Part shown: positions 39,449 through 47,295 of the stretch, one piece after another
Layout: each line of letters opens with the position of its first letter
How positions within the stretch are numbered: position 1 is the first letter of the stretch
Origin: Promethearchaeati archaeon
Lineage (GTDB): Archaea; Asgardarchaeota; Heimdallarchaeia; JABLTI01
Length of the DNA: 54,650 nt
Reading direction: 5' to 3'
NCBI GenBank assembly: GCA_013166835.1
Contig: JABLTI010000006.1
Span: 1 to 54,650, forward strand
The notes under the pieces: model-generated
Database searches by the model: none
Told to the model about the DNA's origin: nothing
What the model saw: the letters and a program-made list of their open reading frames with translations, nothing else
Translations under genes and position numbers: made by a program

Positions 39449-40252
39449 TTATGTTGTTTCTTTCTTTTCAGCTTGAATGAAAAACTTGATTGGTTCTGTG
39501 ATATTCACAGGATTTATGTAAACTTTAATTGGATATTCTCTTTCTTCTGCACCAACTCCAAGAGAAGAAAGTGTTATGCATTTGAAATTCTTCTTGAAAT
39601 ATAATTTCCCATATCTCCAAGCAGTAGGTAATTTTTCTTTCAAATAGGCATCAGCATTTGGGAAATCAATAACATCTCCTTTGGAGACACACATTGTAAT
39701 TTTGATTTCTTTTGATATGTCTTCATCACTTTTCTTATTGTTTATCTTGTTTTGATAGATCATTTTCATCATAATTGTAAACATAGTATCTTGTTCATTA
39801 AAATCGAAAAATAATGGATCCACAAGAAAAATAAATGAATTTCCAGAGTATAGCAAATTAGTTATCACTTTTTGACTTTCTTTAAGTTCTGCAGGAATCA
39901 AAGATTTTCGAATTTCGGAATGATAACGAGCATCAAATATTTCCTGAATATCTTCACCAGACAAATCATAACTTGAGATCATAGCAACTGGTTGACCTGA
40001 TTTTGGATGTGATCCATCATAGACAAGCTTCAATTTTAATTCTATAAAAGATCTTCTAGGTGTTGCAAATGAAGATCCTTCATTAACTATTGTTTCACCT
40101 ACAAAGGATAAATAATCAATCGTATTGCTATCTTCAGAAGGATCAATAACAAATGGATTTAACAATCCTTGATTTATAGAATCAAACAGCATTGCTAAAT
40201 AAACTGTTTTGCCAGCTCCATTGGGTCCAAATATACGGACTTTCCTTTCCAA
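39449..40252 (-). CDS. TRAFAC-class 'double-GTPase'-type GTPase, copy 2
   Basis: G1 GPNGAGKTVYL, G3 YDLSGE, FLVDP, G4 SKGD, G5 SSLG, C-terminal INPVNITEPIKFF. Confidence 0.88.
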   Translation of the reverse strand: MERKVRIFGPNGAGKTVYLAMLFDSINQGLLNPFVIDPSEDSNTIDYLSFVGETIVNEGSSFATPRRSFIELKLKLVYDGSHPKSGQPVAMISSYDLSGEDIQEIFDARYHSEIRKSLIPAELKESQKVITNLLYSGNSFIFLVDPLFFDFNEQDTMFTIMMKMIYQNKINNKKSDEDISKEIKITMCVSKGDVIDFPNADAYLKEKLPTAWRYGKLYFKKNFKCITLSSLGVGAEEREYPIKVYINPVNITEPIKFFIQAEKKETT

Positions 40253-40266
40253 TTATGCCACCTTTT

Positions 40267-41145
40267 TTATTTGCCTTGCTCTTGGAATTGTTTATTGAAG
40301 AATCTCACAGGTTCAAGAATTCCTTGTGGATTAATATTATCCGGAACTAACTGATATTCATAACCTTCAGGAGTTTTCTCAACTTTGGGTTTTACACCCA
40401 ATGAAGAGATATGAAATGTTCCTATTCTCTCCCTACTGAAGTATAATTTTGCATAATTCCATGATAAACCAATTAACCTTGATAATTGTCTTTGTTCATT
40501 CCGATTTTCCCGATAAGTATCAGTTTTAGTCAAGACAAATGCTAATGAAATATTTTTTAGTTTTTGATTTGGTTTTAGTTTGTATTTGTTTTGATGTACT
40601 GTAATTATTTCCATTAATACAGCAAAAATAAATCTATCCTGTGAGAATTTATTCGCTGGTGTAGGATCAACCATAAACATAAATGAAGATGAATTCTGAA
40701 TTAACTCATCTAAAGATTTCTTAACATTTATGTATGACTCATCACCTTCAACTTGCAGATTTTCATCTTTGATTTGAAACGTTTCTTCTGAAGAATCTCC
40801 CTTTTTCTTTGATGGTGAATAAATCTCATACATAGTTTCACCAGCAAAATCATATGTGTTAAAAGTAAATACTGTTTCAATTAAATCAGGATCATCTTTA
40901 CTTATACCTTTGATTTCGAAACTAACACGTTTAATACTTCTTTGATCCGTAGCATGTGGGAATTCTTTATGTACATACATTCCTTCAGCTAGATAATCCA
41001 GATATTCATAGGAATCCATATTATCCTTAAAATCCAGTGCGAGACCTTCTCCTCCTGGATCTTCCCTTAATCTATTAAATAATGTAACCAGATATACAGT
41101 TTTACCTGAGCTAGAAGTCCCAAATAAACCTACCAAGCGATTCAT
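40267..41145 (-). CDS. TRAFAC-class 'double-GTPase'-type GTPase, copy 1
   Basis: G1 GTSSSGKTVYL, G3 YDFAGE, FMVDP, G4 TKTD, G5 SSLG, C-terminal INPQGILEPVRFF. Confidence 0.88.
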   Translation of the reverse strand: MNRLVGLFGTSSSGKTVYLVTLFNRLREDPGGEGLALDFKDNMDSYEYLDYLAEGMYVHKEFPHATDQRSIKRVSFEIKGISKDDPDLIETVFTFNTYDFAGETMYEIYSPSKKKGDSSEETFQIKDENLQVEGDESYINVKKSLDELIQNSSSFMFMVDPTPANKFSQDRFIFAVLMEIITVHQNKYKLKPNQKLKNISLAFVLTKTDTYRENRNEQRQLSRLIGLSWNYAKLYFSRERIGTFHISSLGVKPKVEKTPEGYEYQLVPDNINPQGILEPVRFFNKQFQEQGK

Positions 41146-41191
41146 ATTCCATCTAATTCCCGAAATTTAACGATATGATATATATGTTGAA

Positions 41192-41217
41192 TTCCACTTT
41201 AAAATTTTTCAGTGGAA
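41192..41217. promoter_or_regulatory. 26-bp near-palindrome in the divergent intergenic region (candidate operator/bidirectional promoter)
   Basis: TTCCACTTTAAAATTTTTCAGTGGAA: 22 of 26 positions self-complementary; contains the TATA-like TTTAAAA. Confidence 0.5.
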
Positions 41218-41337
41218 AATACCACTAAAACTGTGTACATGAATAAAAACATCTCATCTTTTAGAGGAAATTTAATGGGAGAAATTCTTATTTACCTTTA
41301 TTCGATAAAACTAACATTATTAAAGTAATCGGGGGTT

Positions 41338-41955
41338 ATGCCAATGAAATTCATAGACTTTTTTAAGAGGAAGAAGAAGTTTTCTTTAGAAGAACTTGAA
41401 GATATAAAAGAATCAATAAATGACTATGTCACTGAAATAAATAGAGGATCAAGAGAGAGCAAACGTAAAATAAAAAATATGATAAGGAAAGGCAGAACTC
41501 CTTCTCCATCATTAACTATGAATTATCGAAGATTCAAGTTGATAAATCAGCAATTAACAGGTTTTGTTGATACTATTGATGGGATGATTTTTGAGGTCGA
41601 ATTTCAAGGAGTTTTATCAAAAATTGAACAGCAATCAAAAGATGTGTTTGAAGCTATTAACTCAGAAAATATTATGGCTACTGTTGACGCGAGATTGAAA
41701 GATTTTGTAAAGTCACAAATAAAATATGCTGAAAAAGTTGAACAAGAAATCGCAAAACAAGAGACATGGCTTGATAATTTGCAGCAAGTAGTAGAAGATC
41801 ACGAATTAGAATCTGAAATGAATCTTGAGTATATGACTGATGAAATCTTGGTGGAATTTATAATTGATGACAAAGAATTTGCTGAAGAGCTGCCTGCTGA
41901 AGTAAAAGAAAAGCCTATTATTAAACAAGTTATAACCATGCTTGATAAGGAGTAA
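41338..41955 (+). CDS. ESCRT-III (Snf7-like) protein, paralog 1
   Basis: About 205 aa; N-terminal FFKRKKK; basic helical hairpin with IRKGRTPSP turn; acidic C-half; lies upstream of a MIT-AAA ATPase. Confidence 0.65.
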   Translation: MPMKFIDFFKRKKKFSLEELEDIKESINDYVTEINRGSRESKRKIKNMIRKGRTPSPSLTMNYRRFKLINQQLTGFVDTIDGMIFEVEFQGVLSKIEQQSKDVFEAINSENIMATVDARLKDFVKSQIKYAEKVEQEIAKQETWLDNLQQVVEDHELESEMNLEYMTDEILVEFIIDDKEFAEELPAEVKEKPIIKQVITMLDKE

Positions 41956-42021
41956 ATATTATAAGCGATAAAAATGCATTGTTAGTTTGGTGTCAATTTT
42001 TAAATTTTGGAGGTTTGGAAT

Positions 42022-42594
42022 TTGCCGTTATTTAAGAGAAAGAAATCCGTTGAAAAAATGATGGAAGAAGTGGATAAAGCTAAAGATTCAGTATCTGATT
42101 CTTTATCGGATATTAATTCAAGATATACTAGACTCAAAAATGAGATTAAAAGAGGGTTCAAAAAAGGAATCAACCCTTCGCCTGCTAAGAAGCTTAATTT
42201 AAAACGTGCTCAAATCATACGAGATGTTACTCAAGGATTATATGATTCTCTTGATGGGATTTATGATGAACTAGAAGTATCTCAAACATTTAAGAATCTA
42301 AATCTAGAGAAATTAGATGGTTTAGTTACTCAATTCGACAAAGTTTTCAAAACAAATAATGCTTTTCTAAAGAATTTGTTTAAGCAACAAGAAAAACATC
42401 TTGGGAAACTAGAGAGCATTATTAGTCGTCAACAATTTGACATGGAGAATTTGGAAGATCTAGCTTCGGAATATGACTTAGAAATTTCTGATGATATTAC
42501 AATAGAATTATTGGAAGAATTTGCTACTGATGATCCTGAATTTGTGAAGGAGTTGCCTGAGAAATTCAAGAAAGCATTGAAACGACGAATGTAG
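42022..42594 (+). CDS. ESCRT-III (Snf7-like) protein, paralog 2
   Basis: GGAGG SD before TTG 42022 (MPLFKRKK). Paralog of the previous gene (IK....KG..PSP, G..D.[IL]DG, EF..DD.EF..ELP); basic-to-acidic gradient. Confidence 0.65.
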   Translation: MPLFKRKKSVEKMMEEVDKAKDSVSDSLSDINSRYTRLKNEIKRGFKKGINPSPAKKLNLKRAQIIRDVTQGLYDSLDGIYDELEVSQTFKNLNLEKLDGLVTQFDKVFKTNNAFLKNLFKQQEKHLGKLESIISRQQFDMENLEDLASEYDLEISDDITIELLEEFATDDPEFVKELPEKFKKALKRRM

Positions 42595-42629
42595 TCAAGA
42601 ATTGAATTGCTTTTGGAGGGCTACACAAA

Positions 42630-43784
42630 ATGAATGAGTTTGATAAAGCTGTTATGTTTAAGAATAAAGCAAAAGAAGCTATGAAAAACAAGAAATATGC
42701 AGAAGCGAAAAAATATTACGCTGAAGCGATTAAATATCTCACGATTTTAAGGAATAGATCAAAGTCTCCAATGAAAGAAAAATTCCAGATGATAATTGAT
42801 ACTTTGAAAAAGACAATTAAGAAGATACCTATTAAAGAGAAACCTGAAACTCCCCCAGATGATGTAGAACGACCACCCTTCAAGATTCCTAAGGATTTAC
42901 CAGAAAACTGTAAGAAAATAATATTGAAAACAAGGAACAACTTCAAGGATATAGCAGGTCTAAAAGAACTAAAAGAAGATCTACGAAAAACAATTGAATA
43001 TCCAATAAAATTCCCTGAGGAAACTGAAAAATGGGGTTTTCTCGGTGAAAGAGGTATCCTAATGCATGGACCTCCTGGTTGTGGAAAGACATTTCTGATA
43101 AAGTGTGCAAGTGGTCAATTTGGCGTACCAATAATTGCTATGCCACCTGATAGAATACTGCAAAAATATGTTGGAGAATCCTCAAAATCAGTTGCTGAAT
43201 TATATGACTGTGCGGCATTATTGTCTCCTTCATTAGTATTCATTGATGAAATTGATCGTTTATTTGCATCACCTGATAGTTCAGGAGTAATTTCACAAAT
43301 TACAAGTCAGATAATGCAATTACTGTCAGGTGTAGGAGTTGGAGCGTCTACAGATAAAATTGATTTACCAATAATCACTATTGCTGCTTCAAACCACCCC
43401 TGGGTTTTAGATTCAGCATTGATTAGAAGAGGAAGACTTGGTAAGATTGTATATGTACCTCCCCCAACTAAAGAAGCAAGAAAAACAATTCTTGAAATAA
43501 ACCTTAGAAAGATACCTTTGTCAAGTGATGTGAACTTAAATTTAATTGCTGATAAGACTTCCAAGGATGCGAAAAGTGGGTGGGAGTATTCTTGCAAAGA
43601 TATTAGCTATATTTGTCAAGCTGCACGATTAGAAGCTATGGAAAGGGAAATTGATGGTGAAGAAAATGTACGAGTTACACAAAGCATGTTACTAAAAGCA
43701 TTGAATTCCATTTCAAGAACCATTTCACCAAAACAAGTCAAGCAATATACAGATTGGGAGAAGAGAGCAAGAACGAATTTATAG
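42630..43784 (+). CDS. vps4: MIT-domain AAA+ ATPase (Vps4/CdvC-like)
   Basis: N-terminal MIT (KAKEAMKNKKYAEAKKYYAEAIKYL), Pro-rich linker, Walker A GPPGCGKT, pore loop KYVGES, Walker B VFIDEID, SRH SNHPWVLDSALIRRGR, C-terminal KQYTDWEK helix. Confidence 0.82.
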   Translation: MNEFDKAVMFKNKAKEAMKNKKYAEAKKYYAEAIKYLTILRNRSKSPMKEKFQMIIDTLKKTIKKIPIKEKPETPPDDVERPPFKIPKDLPENCKKIILKTRNNFKDIAGLKELKEDLRKTIEYPIKFPEETEKWGFLGERGILMHGPPGCGKTFLIKCASGQFGVPIIAMPPDRILQKYVGESSKSVAELYDCAALLSPSLVFIDEIDRLFASPDSSGVISQITSQIMQLLSGVGVGASTDKIDLPIITIAASNHPWVLDSALIRRGRLGKIVYVPPPTKEARKTILEINLRKIPLSSDVNLNLIADKTSKDAKSGWEYSCKDISYICQAARLEAMEREIDGEENVRVTQSMLLKALNSISRTISPKQVKQYTDWEKRARTNL

Positions 43785-44441
43785 GTGAGTAAAATGAGTC
43801 CAGATGTTTCGAAAAGACTAGATAAGAAAATATCAAAAGAATTAGAATCAATAGCTAAATTTTTGACATCCTCAGAGAAGAAAACAGAGAAATTAATTGT
43901 AAATCATGCCAAGAAATGTATCGAATTAGTAGGAGATTTAGGTCCACGAGATCGCGCTCATTATTCTGAATTTTTCTCGGAATTGGTTTCTGATACATTA
44001 CTTTTTTGTAGAGAACAACATGCGAAGTACTACAAGAAATATCGCTCCAAAGTTGAAGAAGCAAAAGAGAAAAAGAAAGCAGGTATATTAACAAAAGATA
44101 CATTGGGCAATCTACTTGACCAAGCTATAGATTACAAAATGTTTGCTAATGATTTTGATAATCAAAAATTCTTAATTGAAGGTTTTACATCACAATTTGA
44201 AATGTGGTTTGTTCAAGGTAACACCGACTATTTACTTAATGTGACTAGAGATTGGGAAAATATGCAAGCAATTAGAACCAGAGAACGCGAAAGAAGAGAG
44301 ATTTTAGGTGAAATAATGACTCGAACTGATAAAGAGATTGCTAGAATGGAACAAGAAGTAGGATTGACTGATTTAGAAGATGAAGAACTTGCAGAGCTAT
44401 TGAAAGATGATGTTGATGAGTTAGAGGAACTAAGAGGTTGA
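43785..44441 (+). CDS. Coiled-coil protein, possibly a third ESCRT-III/PspA-like subunit
   Basis: Abuts the Vps4 stop; basic helical N/middle part; acidic tail DLEDEELAELLKDDVDELEELRG. Confidence 0.6.
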   Translation: MSKMSPDVSKRLDKKISKELESIAKFLTSSEKKTEKLIVNHAKKCIELVGDLGPRDRAHYSEFFSELVSDTLLFCREQHAKYYKKYRSKVEEAKEKKKAGILTKDTLGNLLDQAIDYKMFANDFDNQKFLIEGFTSQFEMWFVQGNTDYLLNVTRDWENMQAIRTRERERREILGEIMTRTDKEIARMEQEVGLTDLEDEELAELLKDDVDELEELRG

Positions 44442-44519
44442 TTAGAACAAAATAATAAATTTGATTTAAATTAGATACCCATTAGCCGGGGATCAAAGGA
44501 CGTTATTGGGGAAAACTAT

Positions 44520-45302
44520 ATGGCCGATAGATATAAAGAAAAAGCCGATGAATTAATTAAATTATATAATGAAGAAATTAAATTTTACGAATTCTGGTCA
44601 GATGAAACTTTACCAATTGAATTCTATGATATTGATAAGGGTAAATTGATAAAAGTTCCAATGGATTTTCAAATAAAGAGATTAAAACGAACTCTGAAAA
44701 CATTGAAATCAAAAAAGAAAATTAGTGATAAAGTAAAAACTCAACTAGAATCATCTCTGGAAAACATGGAGAAAGCTTTGTCAATTGTCAATAATATTGA
44801 TTCAGTCTTCAAAAGACTGTCAAAATTAGATGTTATTTTTCGAGGGTTACCTGACAAGAATAAATCAAAACTTGGAATAAAAACAATCGCAAAATTCCGG
44901 AGCACATTAATTGATAATATTAGATTACCAGAATTAGATCTCAAAGAACTTAAAGAAACAATTACTAAATTTGAGTCAAAATACAGTAAATTAAAGATAA
45001 GAGAGCGGAAGATTGAGAAAGGTGTGGGAGCTCTTGCGATTTCTGAAGAAGAAATGAATCAACTGGATTCATTGCTAGCTGAGATTGATGAGCATTTTGA
45101 AGGAATTGATTATGTTAGTATAATGGAAACAAGATTGTTTAAACTCAAAGAGAAAGAAGAGTTAGTCATTGATGTTCACGATATCCCAGATAATGTTTGT
45201 AGATCATTGCTTGATGAGCCAGGAAATGAGGATTTAAGATATAATAAGGAAGCGGGATTGATTCTTCTAAAGGAATCTGAATATAACACATATATGTTTT
45301 AG
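44520..45302 (+). CDS. Hypothetical coiled-coil protein with small C-terminal alpha/beta (winged-helix-like?) domain
   Basis: 260-aa ORF, GGGG SD, Lys-rich helices; ends in the beta-hairpin-like LRYNKEAGLILL. Confidence 0.7.
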   Translation: MADRYKEKADELIKLYNEEIKFYEFWSDETLPIEFYDIDKGKLIKVPMDFQIKRLKRTLKTLKSKKKISDKVKTQLESSLENMEKALSIVNNIDSVFKRLSKLDVIFRGLPDKNKSKLGIKTIAKFRSTLIDNIRLPELDLKELKETITKFESKYSKLKIRERKIEKGVGALAISEEEMNQLDSLLAEIDEHFEGIDYVSIMETRLFKLKEKEELVIDVHDIPDNVCRSLLDEPGNEDLRYNKEAGLILLKESEYNTYMF

Positions 45303-45328
45303 AATGTTGGATTTAAAGGTGAAAAAAA

Positions 45329-47062
45329 ATGAAGTGGGTAAACAAATTAGACCCAACAGCATACAATGTAATGACAGTTCTAAATAATACCTTGCCAGAA
45401 GAAGAATTGATAGTTATTTTTAATACGAAACAAAAAGTGGATGATCTTAATAGTTATCTCGATCATAAGAAAGGAATTTCTAGTGTTGAATCCCTTGGTT
45501 TTAAATCCAAACACTTTGAAGAAATGGGTGCAAAAATAAGATTTGTGTTAGGTGATATTGGATTAGTTTCTTTCACAATTAAGGCTAAAGAAGTTAAGAA
45601 TCAAATTTTCGAGAATTTCACAGATATTGTTACTAGTATTGGTGTTGGAGAAGATTCACATTATGTTCTCAATGACTCCCGGAAAATGGTTATGGGAGAA
45701 ACCCCTACCTCATTTGATGGTTCAGGAACTAGAGTTGCAGTTGTAGATTCCGGAGTTGATACTCACCCAGATCTAAATGTTATTGCTCATTTTGATTTTT
45801 CAAGTGATGCGAGCAATCCTGAATTTGCTAAAAAAGATATTTGTGGTCATGGTACTCATGTTGCAGGGATAATTTCAGGGAAAGGTGTGAAGAATTCTGA
45901 AATAAAAGGAGTAGCTATTGGAGCTGAAATAATTAATGCTAAGGGATTAAATGCGATGGGTATAGGATCCAATGATGGTATTTTTGCAGCTATTACAAAA
46001 GCATGTAAAGACCATAAGGCAGATGTAATAAATCTTAGTCTTGGTTCTCCAGAGAAGCACTATAATATGAGTAGCTCAATGAAGGAAACATTTGTACATG
46101 CAGATGATTCAAAAAATGATTTTTACAAAAATATACACCAACAATATCCATCTGTTGTGATTGTTGCATCAGCTGGAAACAATGGTCCTGAATATAAAAC
46201 TCTAAATGTTCCTGGAGCATTTGAAGAGGTAATTTGTGTTGGTAGCGTCAATAAAGATAAAAAAATGTCTTATTTTAGCTCTAGAGGTTCCAACAATCAT
46301 AATAAAACCAAACCAGATGTTGTCGCTCCCGGTGGAAGTATTTTAGCAACAAAATCTAAATATGAAGCTGCTTCATCAAAATGCGAATTCTATACAGTGA
46401 AATCAGGAACATCCATGTCATGTCCACACGTGTCTGGTTTAGCAGCTTTATTATGTAAAGCTATAAAATCTCAAAATCTAAAATCACTAACAAATACTTT
46501 TGATAGACACACTTATATCAAGAAAATTATGATGAATTCTGCGATAAATCTACAATTTGATGCTAATACACAAGGAGCAGGTCTAATTAATTTTCCTGCA
46601 GCCAAAAAACTAATTGAAAGCAAGAAAGAAGTTGTGGAAGTTGTCTTGGCAGCTCCAGATCTGAGATATGAAATGGATGATTCTGTGTTTGATAAAAGTT
46701 TTACAATGTTTAAAGATATCATTCCTTTTTCAAGTCAAAGCAATGAAAATCTTGCTGAAATAGCTAACATGGTAACTAGCATTAATATAATTCAAACTAA
46801 ATATGACCTGAGTTCTTTAGGAGTACTTGGTAATAAGTTAATGCAAGCATCAATAAAAAATCCCTGTAAGGAAAATTTATTTGTGCTTAGATTTAATATT
46901 CCAATTTTTAGAATTAGAACTGAAATTGAAGAACTTCTCCCATTAGAAGAAAATTATGCTAATATAACTAATAAATATACAATTAGAAAAGCAATGAAAA
47001 ACGTGATTGCTTCAATAGATTCGATAACTAATATTGAAAATAAAAAATTAATCTTATATTAA
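45329..47062 (+). CDS. Subtilisin-like S8 serine protease, no signal peptide, helical C-terminal extension
   Basis: Catalytic motifs VAVVDSG, HGTHVAG, SAGNNG, SGTSMSCP; prodomain-like N-terminus; AGGTGA SD. Confidence 0.92.
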   Translation: MKWVNKLDPTAYNVMTVLNNTLPEEELIVIFNTKQKVDDLNSYLDHKKGISSVESLGFKSKHFEEMGAKIRFVLGDIGLVSFTIKAKEVKNQIFENFTDIVTSIGVGEDSHYVLNDSRKMVMGETPTSFDGSGTRVAVVDSGVDTHPDLNVIAHFDFSSDASNPEFAKKDICGHGTHVAGIISGKGVKNSEIKGVAIGAEIINAKGLNAMGIGSNDGIFAAITKACKDHKADVINLSLGSPEKHYNMSSSMKETFVHADDSKNDFYKNIHQQYPSVVIVASAGNNGPEYKTLNVPGAFEEVICVGSVNKDKKMSYFSSRGSNNHNKTKPDVVAPGGSILATKSKYEAASSKCEFYTVKSGTSMSCPHVSGLAALLCKAIKSQNLKSLTNTFDRHTYIKKIMMNSAINLQFDANTQGAGLINFPAAKKLIESKKEVVEVVLAAPDLRYEMDDSVFDKSFTMFKDIIPFSSQSNENLAEIANMVTSINIIQTKYDLSSLGVLGNKLMQASIKNPCKENLFVLRFNIPIFRIRTEIEELLPLEENYANITNKYTIRKAMKNVIASIDSITNIENKKLILY

Positions 47063-47077
47063 GGTGGAGGAAGGAAA

Positions 47078-47248
47078 ATGATAAATATCCCACATAAATA
47101 TATGGAATATTTACAATGGTTGATGAATCCAGATCAAGTGATTCAAATTATGGGTATTTCACTTTGGGTATGTATTGGAGGATGTCATGCTACGGTTATA
47201 CTTGGATTTACTTTTAACGTAAAGTCCATAAAAAAATTTAAAAAATAG
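47078..47248 (+). CDS. 56-aa single-TM ORF, homologous to the N-terminus of the 49602 membrane protein (small protein or gene remnant)
   Basis: Below the ORF-track cutoff. GGTGGAGG SD; translation MINIPHKYMEYLQWLMNPDQVIQIMGISLWVCIGGCHATVILGFTFNVKSIKKFKK. Confidence 0.6.
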   Translation: MINIPHKYMEYLQWLMNPDQVIQIMGISLWVCIGGCHATVILGFTFNVKSIKKFKK

Positions 47249-47295
47249 ATAACCAATATATGAGTCTCAAGTTTTATTAAAGGAGTTTGGATTAA

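Noticed and set aside
44470-44515. GC-richer intergenic patch considered as tRNA or ncRNA
   Set aside because: No cloverleaf, T-loop (GTTCRA) or convincing stem found.
42630-47062. Simple IetAS-type AAA + S8 toxin-antitoxin pair
   Set aside because: The ATPase carries a MIT domain, follows Snf7-like genes and is separated from the protease by two other genes; an ESCRT-like reading fits better.
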